A DNA stretch of 64,000 nucleotides from Acidobacteriota bacterium (GTDB lineage: Bacteria; Acidobacteriota; Vicinamibacteria; Vicinamibacterales; UBA2999): positions 6,855-70,854 of the forward strand of contig JAUSDY010000063.1 in assembly GCA_030650395.1 (NCBI GenBank). Direction: 5' to 3'. The notes below the pieces were generated by a model that was not told the origin of the DNA, ran no database searches, and saw only the letters and a list, made by a program, of their open reading frames with translations. The translations under genes and the position numbers were made by a program. Positions 1 to 8,589 of the stretch are shown piece by piece. Positions within the stretch are counted from its first letter, which is position 1. The number at the start of each line of letters is the position of its first letter.

Positions 1-171
1 CGGCCCGGCCGCTCGGAACAATGGCAGCGTCGGCGCCGGTGTGCCGGCGTCGCTGGTGATCCGCGCCACCGCTTCGCGCATCAGCGCGGCCTCGCTGCAG
101 CCCCGTTGCCGCGCGGTCCTGCCCAGCGCCCGCTTCAGCTCACGCGGCAGATAGACGGTGGTCTTTGTCAT
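1..171 (-). CDS. Ribbon-helix-helix (CopG/VapB-type) antitoxin, 5' part; gene runs off the left edge
   Basis: Own translation of the minus strand from ATG at 171: MTKTTVYLPRELKRALGRTARQRGCSEAALMREAVARITSD..., the strand-helix-helix pattern of RHH antitoxins; no stop before position 1, hence absent from the ORF track. Confidence 0.5.
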   Translation of the reverse strand, partial: MTKTTVYLPRELKRALGRTARQRGCSEAALMREAVARITSDAGTPAPTLPLFRAAGP

Positions 172-194
172 GCCCTATCTATACCATACATATA

Positions 195-209
195 CCACCC
201 ATTGGGTGG
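195..209. promoter_or_regulatory. Inverted repeat CCACCC-att-GGGTGG, candidate operator of the RHH gene
   Basis: Read directly; 24-38 bp upstream of the RHH start in an AT-richer patch (ctatctataccatacatatacc). Confidence 0.25.
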
Positions 210-513
210 CACCATGGTGGACGGCGAACGGGCTGGTGGCGCTGTGCCGCGTGATTTACAAGCGCGCGGCATGCTGCCCGTTTCGGCGCGCGAGATGCTC
301 GACATCCTGTTCGATCAGGAGCCCGCCTGGCCGAAGCTCATGCGAAGCGTGAGCGGAGGCTGGCTGGGAGGCAGGGAGTCTCTACGCGAGATTCAAGAAA
401 CCCAGTAAACACGGGCGTTTTCTAGCAAGCGCCATAACGCCAGCGACTTGGCGTTTTCGGACCCTGTCGTCGGCTTTCGTCCGTTTGCGTCCTGTGTCGG
501 GTCTTGCCAGCGC

Positions 514-537
514 AATGACACTCGAAATGACACTCGA
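514..537. repeat. Perfect tandem direct repeat, 2 x AATGACACTCGA
   Basis: Read directly; about 115 bp upstream of the HTH-PIN pair; function unknown. Confidence 0.7.
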
Positions 538-651
538 CGACAACGAGACAGATCGCGAAGGTGGAGCTGAGCACCTTGGAGATCCTAGACTCGTCACGCG
601 GCAGGCCGGATGTCACATCTTCTGACCCACCTGTTGTAGTATGCTACTCCC

Positions 652-897
652 ATGCTGACCGTCCCCGAGGCCGCCCGCCGTGTGCGCTGCAACCCGGAGA
701 CCGTCCGGCGCTGGATTCGGTCCGGCCGTCTCCCGTCGCGCCGCGCCGGGACGCAGCACCTCATCGAGGAGTCGGATCTGCGAGCGCTCGTCCCACCGGG
801 CGAGATTCGCCTGCCCGCGACGTGGCGCAGGACCGCCACGGGTGAGCCGATGCCCGACGTCGTCCGCGCCGTCCGCCGTTCGCGCGAAGGGCGCTGA
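652..897 (+). CDS. Helix-turn-helix (excisionase/MerR-type) DNA-binding protein, likely antitoxin of the downstream PIN toxin
   Basis: 81-aa ORF; MLTVPEAARRVRCNPETVRRWIRSGRLP is an HTH_17-like motif; stop lies 3 nt before the PIN gene. Confidence 0.75.
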   Translation: MLTVPEAARRVRCNPETVRRWIRSGRLPSRRAGTQHLIEESDLRALVPPGEIRLPATWRRTATGEPMPDVVRAVRRSREGR

Positions 898-900
898 CCC

Positions 901-1293
901 GTGATCGTCCTCGACGCCAGCGCGGCCGTCCAGGCGTGTCTGGCGGCCGGCGGTTTCGACCTGTTCGGAAGCGAGCGCCTCATCGCGCCCGTGCTGTTCT
1001 GGTCCGAGGTGTCGTCGGCGTTGCACGAGATGCGTTGGCGTAAGGAGATCTCCGCAGAGCTGGCGGACATCGCGTTCGAACGATTACTCGGGGCTCCGGT
1101 GTCGCGGCGCAGCCCGAAGCGGTTGCGCCGCGAAGCGTGGCGAGTCGCCGAGGAGCTCGGCTGGATGAAGACGTACGACGCTGAGTACGTCGCGCTGGCA
1201 CGGATGGCGCGCTGCCGTCTCTTCACGGTGGACGCTCGCCTGCGCCGCGGCGCAGGCCACGTAGTGCAGATCATCGGGCCTGGAGATCTCTAG
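901..1293 (+). CDS. vapC: PIN-domain ribonuclease toxin (VapC-like)
   Basis: GTG start right after the upstream stop; PIN acidic residues recognisable (VLDAS, SEV, YDAEY, TVD); 130 aa. Confidence 0.85.
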   Translation: MIVLDASAAVQACLAAGGFDLFGSERLIAPVLFWSEVSSALHEMRWRKEISAELADIAFERLLGAPVSRRSPKRLRREAWRVAEELGWMKTYDAEYVALARMARCRLFTVDARLRRGAGHVVQIIGPGDL

Positions 1294-1405
1294 CCCGACG
1301 TGCTGCGGCTGATCGACACCTGGCGCAGGTGAACCCGACACCTGGGGACGCGGAGCAGATCGCGAATGAACTCTCCGCTGCTTCGAGCAGCATCTGAGGG
1401 GTGCC

Positions 1406-1900
1406 ATGTCGATGACAGTCAAAGGGGTGTACCGGAACGGCCGCATCGTGCTGCTTGAGACTCCCAAGGGAGTCGAAGAGGCGGAGGGAGTGGTCACGTT
1501 TCCGGACACGGCCATTTCGCCCGTAGACGCGACTGCCCGAGAGGCGCGGCCGCCGTCACACGGCCGAGATTATCTTGGGGGTTTTCAGGCGGGATCGCCA
1601 ACGACTTGGATGGTGTCCTCGACTCGCGCGTCGAGAGTGAACCCTTCGAACGTCATCAACATCCGACCGACCTGTTCCCACGTGAATGGCTTGCCGTCAA
1701 TGACGATGAGAGGCAGTGCGCCGTTCGTGTCAGAGTCCCACTCGATGCGTCCGACAAGACGCTGGTCGGACGTGAGCTGCCAGCCGAACTCGGTACGCTC
1801 GACGTGGCGCCGCGCCATCTCGCGACGCATGTCGGCGTACAAATGTCGAAAGAGTTCCCATGCGTCGGTCTCGATCTCTCCCAGCACACGGAAGCAGTAA
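1406..1900 (+). CDS. AF2212/DUF104-like antitoxin-family ORF, 3' end uncertain
   Basis: First ~45 aa (MSMTVKGVYRNGRIVLLETPKGVEEAEGVVTF) fit the DUF104 antitoxin pattern; the rest of the 164-aa ORF is low complexity and antisense to 1585..2169. Confidence 0.3.
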   Translation: MSMTVKGVYRNGRIVLLETPKGVEEAEGVVTFPDTAISPVDATAREARPPSHGRDYLGGFQAGSPTTWMVSSTRASRVNPSNVINIRPTCSHVNGLPSMTMRGSAPFVSESHSMRPTRRWSDVSCQPNSVRSTWRRAISRRMSAYKCRKSSHASVSISPSTRKQ

Positions 1901-2169
1901 CCGAGTTGCTGGTCGTTCGTGATCTCCAGCGCTTCCATCTCGTGGCCGGTCGCCACGAGCATTGACCGGATCTGGAAGGTGTGCGGAACTCCGTCTGCAT
2001 CGGTGATCACGATTGGCTGGAGCGGCGTGTGGTCGAAGGCGACGCCCAGCCGATCCGCCATTTCGCGATTGAAACATGGGTGGCAGCGGTCGCCCTCTCC
2101 GGCAACCGAGATCGAATCAAACGACCCCAGCGCCTTACCGCACGCGCCGCATTTGCTGTCCTGGCTCAT
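1585..2169 (-). CDS. Hypothetical protein with N-terminal zinc ribbon
   Basis: 194-aa ORF of balanced composition; CGAC...CHPC ribbon; no family recognised; starts directly after the stop of 2172..2399. Confidence 0.6.
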   Translation of the reverse strand: MSQDSKCGACGKALGSFDSISVAGEGDRCHPCFNREMADRLGVAFDHTPLQPIVITDADGVPHTFQIRSMLVATGHEMEALEITNDQQLGYCFRVLGEIETDAWELFRHLYADMRREMARRHVERTEFGWQLTSDQRLVGRIEWDSDTNGALPLIVIDGKPFTWEQVGRMLMTFEGFTLDARVEDTIQVVGDPA

Positions 2170-2171
2170 GT

Positions 2172-2399
2172 CTACATCCTCATCGAAGGCGGCGCAACGT
2201 CATGTGCGAGCGCGTCTGCTTGGGCACCGCATTGATCGCCGTCGAGGCCGAAGGCGAGCACCATCTTGCGGACGCGCGTTTTCGCCTTGCAGCGGGGGCA
2301 CCGGGTGAACGCCTCGTGCCTATGCGGATTCAGGAAAAAGGAAAATCGCGGCGTGAGCTGGCCCATTTTCTGGCGAGGTCTTTGTTGCGCCATGTTCAT
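2172..2399 (-). CDS. Small hypothetical protein (half zinc ribbon)
   Basis: Internal ATG at 2399 chosen because the upstream part of the 137-aa track ORF overlaps tRNA-Gln; FFLNPHRHEAFTRCPRCKAKTRVRK. Confidence 0.4.
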   Translation of the reverse strand: MNMAQQRPRQKMGQLTPRFSFFLNPHRHEAFTRCPRCKAKTRVRKMVLAFGLDGDQCGAQADALAHDVAPPSMRM

Positions 2400-2464
2400 G
2401 TGCCGCACGGGGTCGGTCTCGAAATGATTGACGTTCTGTCGGAGTGCGACCCGGGTTTCGAACT

Positions 2465-2538
2465 TGGCTGGGAGGCAGGGATTCGAACCCCGATAAGCAG
2501 AGTCAGAGTCTGCTGTCCTACCGTTGAACGACCTCCCA
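2465..2538 (-). tRNA. tRNA-Gln (anticodon CUG), CCA encoded
   Basis: Minus strand 74 nt folds by hand as a cloverleaf: TGGGAGG TC GTTC AACGGTA GGAC A GCAGA CTCTGAC TCTGC TTAT CGGGG TTCGAAT CCCTG CCTCCCA G CCA. Confidence 0.9.
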
Positions 2539-2555
2539 GTAGGTTGGAACCTCTG

Positions 2556-2585
2556 ATTATACGTAACGGGCCGAACAGCGGGCAA
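2556..2585 (-). promoter_or_regulatory. Sigma-70-type promoter of tRNA-Gln
   Basis: Minus strand TTGCCC (2585-2580), 18-nt spacer, perfect TATAAT (2561-2556), 17 nt before the tRNA 5' end. Confidence 0.45.
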
Positions 2586-2912
2586 ATCGCGTCCTTTTAG
2601 CTGGCTCGGCGAGAGAAACTCGGCCCGCCTGACCGTCTATGATTTCAGAGGCTGACGCTCATGGCCCTTTACGCCTTTGACGGAACGTGGAACACGCGTT
2701 CAGGGGCGCATCCCTCTGGTGACGGACGATCAGTCACTGAAGAAAGCGCGCGAGGGTACCGCGATGCTGATCGACCTGGTGATGCGGGCGGCCAGGGAGC
2801 GCGGCTGGAGCCAGCCGGCGGAAGTCTTCTTGCGTCTCGCGCTCGCAAATCGCCGGCACCTGTTCCCGTTTACCGATTAAGGCTGGCTCGATCTTTGAGT
2901 ACGTTATCCCCT

Positions 2913-3443
2913 ATGGCTGACCCGGTTCAAGATTCTAGCGAGGATATCCAAGGGGGACTTTCAGAGCAGGAGAAGCGCGACAACGTCGTTCGACTCGCGT
3001 TCGGCGGAGAATCCGAACGGTTCGACACGTTTTGCCGCACTCTCGACGAGTTCGTGCCGCCCGGCACCAACGTGATCTTGCGAGGCAGCGCCGTGACCGG
3101 CCTGCGCTGGCGCGACGGCGAGCCCTTCGACGCCGATGGCCCGGGCACGAGCGACCTCGACATTACGCTCGTCGGCGACGGCGGCATCCACTATTTCAAC
3201 CTGACGGGATTCTACGTTCCAGGCGTGCACTCACGGCCACTCAGCGACGACGATCCCGACATCGCGCCGGACCTCGTGCCGCTGAGACAGCAGCTGATGG
3301 ACATGGTCAAACGGCCCGTCAACCTCCAGGCATCACGCGACATCGTCACCCGGTTCCGCGGCGATCTGCTTGGGCAACCGTACTTGACGCTGTGCACCAA
3401 ACCAGAGGGGCTGTCGCTCAGCCGGCCCCCAATGCCTGAATGA
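2913..3443 (+). CDS. Minimal nucleotidyltransferase (Pol-beta superfamily)
   Basis: ATG at 2913 inside the 260-aa track ORF (the upstream part is Arg/Pro-rich filler); LRGSAVTG-x20-SDLDITLV is the G[GS]...DxD motif; 176 aa. Confidence 0.7.
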   Translation: MADPVQDSSEDIQGGLSEQEKRDNVVRLAFGGESERFDTFCRTLDEFVPPGTNVILRGSAVTGLRWRDGEPFDADGPGTSDLDITLVGDGGIHYFNLTGFYVPGVHSRPLSDDDPDIAPDLVPLRQQLMDMVKRPVNLQASRDIVTRFRGDLLGQPYLTLCTKPEGLSLSRPPMPE

Positions 3444-4186
3444 CCTTCCGGCTGCTGACCTACAACATCCTCAACGGCGGAGTGGGACGCACGGAAGCGA
3501 TCGCGAGGGTGATCAACGGATGCGCGCCAGACCTGGTGTTGCTGCAGGAGGCCACCGATCCGGCAAACGTCGAGCGACTTGCGCAAGCCACCGGGATGGC
3601 AGACTGGCGGGCGTTCCGGCGGCAGTCGCTGGGATTTCTGAGCCGGCGCCCGGTGTCGTTCTGCCAATGGGTCCGTCCGCGGATCTCGCGGCACGCGTTC
3701 GTTGAAGTGGTGCCCGCGGGCGACCACGTGCGCGTCTTCGGCGTGCACCTCAGCGCCGTCCACGCGGCGTGGACGGAACAGCGGCGGGTGTTCGAGCTGC
3801 GCGCCTTGCTGCGCAGCATCGCTCATCACAAGGACGGGTTTCACGTGCTGGCGGGTGACTTCAATACGGTCGCGCCTGGCGACCCGTTCGAAGTCAACCG
3901 CCTGCCCTGGCGGTTGCGCCCATTGATGTGGCTCAGCGGTGGCAGCGTGCGGTGGCGCACCATCCAAACCATCATCGACGAAGGTTACGTCGACGCCTTC
4001 AAGTCGCTGCATCCTGCGGATCCAGGAATGACCCTGCCGACGACCGATCCGCACATCCGGATCGACTACGTGTTCGTTCCCAAGCCTCATGCCGGACGCG
4101 TGCTGGCGTGCGACGTGGTGAGGGATCCGGCAGCGGTCGGCGCGTCAGATCATTTCCCGGTGGTGGCGGATTTCCAGATCGACTGA
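3440..4186 (+). CDS. Endonuclease/exonuclease/phosphatase (EEP) family protein
   Basis: 248 aa; TYNILNG, LLQEA, GDFN, SDHFPV motifs of the EEP fold all present; ATGA start/stop overlap with the nucleotidyltransferase gene. Confidence 0.85.
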   Translation: MTFRLLTYNILNGGVGRTEAIARVINGCAPDLVLLQEATDPANVERLAQATGMADWRAFRRQSLGFLSRRPVSFCQWVRPRISRHAFVEVVPAGDHVRVFGVHLSAVHAAWTEQRRVFELRALLRSIAHHKDGFHVLAGDFNTVAPGDPFEVNRLPWRLRPLMWLSGGSVRWRTIQTIIDEGYVDAFKSLHPADPGMTLPTTDPHIRIDYVFVPKPHAGRVLACDVVRDPAAVGASDHFPVVADFQID

Positions 4187-4213
4187 ACGAAGCGGCTGAT
4201 CGCGCGCGGCTTC

Positions 4214-6409
4214 TCAGAACCGCCGCAGGTAGGACGCCTTGAAGAACAGGCCGCGGTTCACCGCCAGATACTTCGCGCGGCCGTCGTCCGGTCGAAGCGC
4301 CCCGATCTGATCGCTGCCCTTCTCGTAGAGCGAACCGTAGCCGGCGTGAAACACCGTGCCGGGCACAAACTCGTACGAGGCCAGCAGGTCGGTCAGCACA
4401 CGCTCGGCCGAGCTGTCGTACTGCGCAAGGAACCGCACCAGGAAGTGCTTGTCGAATTGATAGGTCGTCTTGGCATTCACGATGTTGACGCTGTAGACAC
4501 GCTCGCCGGTTGACGCACGGTCGAAGCGCACCATGTTCACGAAGATTTCCTGATTGAGGTGCTGGTTGGGTTGAAGCCCGAACCCGAAGCCGCCGCTGTG
4601 AGAGTGTCCCTGGAACGGATCGACGCGATCGTAAAAAATCTCAGGGCCGGAGTTGACGTAGCTGAAGACGTTCAACCAGCGGAGGATCTGGGCGCCGATG
4701 AAGGCGTTGGCGCCGCCGGTCTCGAACCGCCGGCCGATCCACGGCTCGAACCCGCGGCCGTAGCTGACACTCATGTGGCCCTGGCGCGTGAAGCTGAAGT
4801 CGAGCGAGACGCGGGCGAAGCCTTCATCGCCGTCCTGCACGTCGTCGTGCCCCCGCTTGCCAAAAAACGACGGCGTCACACGGCGCAGCCAGAAATTGGT
4901 GCCCTGCTTCGGATAGAAATTGACCGCGCTGTACAGGTTTCCCACGGTAAAACCGGTGCGGTTATAGAACGCGGTATCCATTTGAAACTCGCGCCCGTAG
5001 CGCTCGACCTGGCTGCCAATGGAGAAGCGGCGGGTCTCGTAGTTGTACGAGACCTGCGCGGCGGTGCCCCGGATGTCGCCGCTCGATCCGATGCCCGTCT
5101 GCGATGCCAGAAACGTCGCCGACAGCTGCTGCGTCGCGGAGGGTTTAATCGACAGGTCCCCGCCGATCACGCGATTGTGTCGGCCCGCGTGCTCGGTATC
5201 GGTGACGATGGCGCCGACGTAGTCCGCACGACGCAGCGCAAAAGTGGCGCGGCCGATCGTGTACAGCTTGTCGCGTTCGAATACGGCGCCGCCGCGGTTG
5301 CCGATGTCCTCCGGGTTGTCATCCCACGCATTGAGCACGCCGAACGTTGTCTTGCCGGAGGTCCCGGTGAGCTTGGTTCCCCAGAACGGATTGGAAATCC
5401 GGCGGGTGTGCACCGCGGTCCGCATGTTCCCCGGCCCGCCGGTGCCGGCGATGTTGAACAGCCCCATGCCTTCCATAAAGAAGGGACGCTTCTCAGAATA
5501 GAAAATCGGGAAGCGCTGGTTGATTTCGACCTGGAACGCATCGCTTTCGACCTGGCTGAAGTCAGGGTTGATGGTGCCATCGAACGTGATGTTTGAGGTG
5601 ATGCCGAACTTGCCGCTGGCGCCGGCGTGGACGTCGCCATCGGCGGCATTCCATCGTTCGGCCGTCTCGCGATCCTGGCGGACGCCATAGGTGACGCTGG
5701 GCAACAGCTCGACCAGCCGCGGCTGCGTCAGGTTGGCGAACAACAGGTGCGCCGGCTGATCGAAGACCCATTGGCCTGGTGGCATCGGCGGCCACGAGTA
5801 CGCAACGCCCATACGGCTGATCTTGCGGAAGAACACCAGGCCCATCCGCACCTGATCGCCGCTGGAAAACCTGAGCGTCTGCAGAGGTAACCGGATCTCG
5901 ACGACGTAGCCGTCGTCCACGACCTTGCCGGCGCTGTACCACACGACGTCGGCGTCGAACTGCTCGCCGGAGGCCGAGGTGTTGAGCGCGTCCATCTGCA
6001 CGCCGCTCGGGTTGACAAACAAGTGATAGGCGGTCTGGCCGGTGCCGGCCGAGTCGAGGCTGATCGCGATCCAGTCGTCGTTGAACGCGCTGTCGCGTTT
6101 GCTGATCGTGGTGCGGATCTTCGCGGGCTCGTGATCGAAGCTGTGAATGGCGAGGTAGATGTTGCGATCGTCGTAGGCGATCTTCACCTCGGTGCGCAGA
6201 GCCGCCGGCATCTTGTCGCCGCGGTTCGGTTGGTACGAGAGCCACTCGCCCAGCGGCAGGGCCTCCCGCTGCCAGACTTCGTCGTTCAGCACGCCGTCGA
6301 TAATCGGCGGTTGTGCGGCGCGCGTGACGGAAAAGTCCGGCTGGGTCTGGGCGTGCAAGCCAGTAACCGAAGCGAGCACCAGAGCGATGACTGCGAACGC
6401 TCGCTTCAT
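4214..6409 (-). CDS. CBM9-like / DUF5916 family outer-membrane protein
   Basis: Signal peptide MKRAFAVIALVLASVTGLHAQ at internal ATG 6409; PPIIDGVLNDEVW...DDRNIYLAIH carbohydrate-binding-family-9-like module, then a long beta-rich region ending ..SYLRRF. Confidence 0.8.
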   Translation of the reverse strand: MKRAFAVIALVLASVTGLHAQTQPDFSVTRAAQPPIIDGVLNDEVWQREALPLGEWLSYQPNRGDKMPAALRTEVKIAYDDRNIYLAIHSFDHEPAKIRTTISKRDSAFNDDWIAISLDSAGTGQTAYHLFVNPSGVQMDALNTSASGEQFDADVVWYSAGKVVDDGYVVEIRLPLQTLRFSSGDQVRMGLVFFRKISRMGVAYSWPPMPPGQWVFDQPAHLLFANLTQPRLVELLPSVTYGVRQDRETAERWNAADGDVHAGASGKFGITSNITFDGTINPDFSQVESDAFQVEINQRFPIFYSEKRPFFMEGMGLFNIAGTGGPGNMRTAVHTRRISNPFWGTKLTGTSGKTTFGVLNAWDDNPEDIGNRGGAVFERDKLYTIGRATFALRRADYVGAIVTDTEHAGRHNRVIGGDLSIKPSATQQLSATFLASQTGIGSSGDIRGTAAQVSYNYETRRFSIGSQVERYGREFQMDTAFYNRTGFTVGNLYSAVNFYPKQGTNFWLRRVTPSFFGKRGHDDVQDGDEGFARVSLDFSFTRQGHMSVSYGRGFEPWIGRRFETGGANAFIGAQILRWLNVFSYVNSGPEIFYDRVDPFQGHSHSGGFGFGLQPNQHLNQEIFVNMVRFDRASTGERVYSVNIVNAKTTYQFDKHFLVRFLAQYDSSAERVLTDLLASYEFVPGTVFHAGYGSLYEKGSDQIGALRPDDGRAKYLAVNRGLFFKASYLRRF

Positions 6410-6428
6410 GGCCGACCCTGGCAGCTCC

Positions 6429-8075
6429 CTACTGCGAGGATGGTGTTCCGCTGGCGATCCTCCTGGCTTCCGACACTTCCGGCCGCTCGGTATCGGCCTT
6501 CGCGCACATGGCGAGGAGGTCGCGCGCGTAGCGCCCCGCCGCGGCGCCGTCGCCCGAACGCTCGGCGGCACGCATCGCGCCCGCGACGCTGTTGAAGCGC
6601 TTGGGCGAATGCGCCAGCGTCGCCTGGTAGGCCTTCAGCGCTTCGGCCGGCTGCTGCTGCGCGAGCAGCAGATCGCCGAGCAGCTCGCGCGCCGGCAGCA
6701 CCGCGCCGGGCGTGACGGGGTGCTTCTCGATCGATTCCTCGAGGTCGGCTGCCGAACGCAGCAGCGTGACCGCTTCGTCGGGGCGGCCCTCGGCCTGCGC
6801 GATCCACGCGGCGGCGGCACGGCGTTGCGCCTCGATCAAGCCGGCGTACTTGTCTTTTCCGTTCACCTCCCGGTGGCGCGCCTCGAGCGTCGCCACCTGC
6901 TGCTTCGCCCGCGGCAGGTCGCCCGTGCGCGCCGCGCCGAGCGCGGCGGCGAAGTAGATGTTGGTCTCCGACCAGCGGTACTGCTCCCACGCAATGTTGG
7001 TCGCCGGCAGCGCGAGGGCCGCGGCCGCGCGCCAGTCGCGCCGCTCGAGCGCGTAACGCGCCGGCCCCGCCGCCAGCGCGTAGGCGGCGGCAATCACCGG
7101 CGGCTCCGCTCGCGTGACGCCGCGCAGCCGTTCGAGCACCTCTGCGGCGCGACGATCCTGCGCGCCCTGCAGGTAGCCGTACATCAGGTAGTCGAGCGCG
7201 TGCAGCTCCTGATCCCAGACGCCGGCCATGCCGCTCCGCGTCGCAAAGGTCCGCGCCGACTCGGCCGACGCGATGTTCGAGAGGATCGCGTCCTCCCACA
7301 GCCCGAGGCGCGTGAAGATGTGCGACGGCATGTGGAGCGCGTGCGGCACGCCGGGCGCGATCTTGGCGTAGGAGCGGGCCGCGCCGAGCGCCAGGTGCGC
7401 CAGCTCCGGCGCGTCATAGGCGTGGATGAAGTAGTGGGCGATGCCCGGATGGCGCGGCTGTGCGGCAGCAACGGCGTCGAGCAGGCCGGCCGCCTTCTTC
7501 TGCCGCGCGAAGGTGCGATCCGATGGCAAGCCGGCCGCGCTCCCGAGCAGCGCCAGCGCATAGAACGCGGCCGCCTCGTCGTCTTTTGGATGCGCGGCAT
7601 GCACCTCCGCCATCGCAGCTTCGTACGCGGCCACGCGCGCGGGGTACGGGGTCGCATCTTGATAGAGAGCGGCGACCGCCCGGACGTAAGCCTGCTCGCG
7701 CGCATCGGCATGCTTCGCGGTCTTCGCCCGGGCAATGGCGGCCGACGCCCGCTGCATCTCCGCCGCGGACGGGGGCTGCCAGAGCGGTTTGTGCAGGCTC
7801 ATCGCCACGCCCCAGTGGGCGATCGCGCACTCGGGCTCGCGCCCGGCGATGGCGGCGAAGGCGGCTTCCGCCCGTTCGTACCAGAACGAGTGGAGCATGG
7901 CGACGGCGCGCTCCAGGTCCGGCTGAACGGCGGGGGCGCAGGTGGTGGAAAACGTGACGCGTCCGACGTCTTCACCCGCCTGGGCGCCGTGCTGGTGCTC
8001 CTGGGCGGCGACGGGCGCGGGGGAGAGAGCGAACAGCAACGCCGCGACTGCGAGAACCGATCCACGAATCATCAT
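6429..8075 (-). CDS. Secreted helical-repeat (TPR-like) protein, family not recognised
   Basis: 548 aa; signal peptide MMIRGSVLAVAALLFALSPAPVAAQ; Ala/Leu-rich helical repeats; + strand ORF 6192..8228 is its Arg-rich shadow. Confidence 0.7.
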   Translation of the reverse strand: MMIRGSVLAVAALLFALSPAPVAAQEHQHGAQAGEDVGRVTFSTTCAPAVQPDLERAVAMLHSFWYERAEAAFAAIAGREPECAIAHWGVAMSLHKPLWQPPSAAEMQRASAAIARAKTAKHADAREQAYVRAVAALYQDATPYPARVAAYEAAMAEVHAAHPKDDEAAAFYALALLGSAAGLPSDRTFARQKKAAGLLDAVAAAQPRHPGIAHYFIHAYDAPELAHLALGAARSYAKIAPGVPHALHMPSHIFTRLGLWEDAILSNIASAESARTFATRSGMAGVWDQELHALDYLMYGYLQGAQDRRAAEVLERLRGVTRAEPPVIAAAYALAAGPARYALERRDWRAAAALALPATNIAWEQYRWSETNIYFAAALGAARTGDLPRAKQQVATLEARHREVNGKDKYAGLIEAQRRAAAAWIAQAEGRPDEAVTLLRSAADLEESIEKHPVTPGAVLPARELLGDLLLAQQQPAEALKAYQATLAHSPKRFNSVAGAMRAAERSGDGAAAGRYARDLLAMCAKADTERPEVSEARRIASGTPSSQ

Positions 8076-8107
8076 GCCTGCCTCCTGCCGACCGCCGATT
8101 ATAGCGG

Positions 8108-8384
8108 CTATCGCCGTTTCTTCTTCGGCTTGGGCTTGGGCTTGGCTGTCGTTTTTGTCCTCGTCTTGGGCTCTGGCTTGGCGCCCTTGGATTGCGGCTT
8201 TGCCGCAAGCACATCCTGTAGCTCATAGGCCTTGTTGTGGGGACAAACCTTTAGGTTTGTCCTTGACCGGAGCGATGCGCGGCGGAACCGCTTTGAGGAT
8301 GTGTCTGCGCGCGGTGGTATACCGCTCGCCGGTCTTGGCGGCGCGATCGCGAATCAGTTGCTTGAGGGCTCGGGCGCGGGTCAT
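8108..8384 (-). pseudogene. Small basic protein gene split by a 22-nt hairpin element
   Basis: ATG 8384 gives MTRARALKQLIRDRAAKTGERYTTARRHILKAVPPRIAPVKDKPKGLSPQQGL* (stop 8223). Deleting GGACAAACCTAAAGGTTTGTCC joins it in frame to ...NHNKAYELQDVLAAKPQSKGAKPEPKTRTKTTAKPKPKPKKKRR* (stop 8108). Confidence 0.4.
8237..8262 (+). repeat. GTRG-hairpin micro-element A1 (GACAAACC subfamily)
   Basis: GTGG GGACAAACC TTTA GGTTTGTCC; interrupts the small ORF 8108..8384. Confidence 0.85.
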
Positions 8385-8550
8385 AACGGTCCTTCTCTGG
8401 CCACACCACCCCCAGCCCCCGCCTGCTGGCCGCGCGACCGTGAAGAACCCACGTTATTCAGCCCGAGGTGTGGACCCCTTTGCCTCGATCGCAGCCCCGC
8501 GGGGGGAGGCCATGTCGAGGTGAGGCGCCAGGCCAGCGCCAGTCCAAATA

Positions 8551-8586
8551 CTAACAGGAGGTCAGGAGACCAGGAGGAACTTCTTC
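8551..8586 (+). repeat. D-type element D1 (one arm only)
   Basis: CTAACAGGAGGTCAGGAGACCAGGAGGAACTTCTTC; matches the arm and tail of D3. Confidence 0.6.
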
Positions 8587-8589
8587 ATC

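Noticed and set aside
106-408. 100-aa ORF between the RHH fragment and the HTH gene
   Set aside because: No recognisable motif, and its 5' part overlaps the RHH gene's promoter/operator region. An internal 64-aa version from ATG 214 cannot be excluded.
2400-2585. Upstream part of track ORF 2172..2585
   Set aside because: It overlaps tRNA-Gln (2465..2538) and its promoter, so only the part from the internal ATG at 2399 is kept, with low confidence.
2661-2912. MALYAFDGTWNT start (reminiscent of DUF2235 hydrolases) and the 67-aa ORF 2677..2880
   Set aside because: Only about 12 residues resemble the family. The rest of the frame is Arg/Pro filler, and the alternative frame has no recognisable domain. 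Possibly a remnant, but not supportable as a feature.
6192-8228. 678-aa + strand ORF
   Set aside because: Arg/Gly/Pro-rich shadow of the minus-strand gene 6429..8075, which has a proper signal peptide and balanced composition. This is typical antisense open frame in high-GC DNA.
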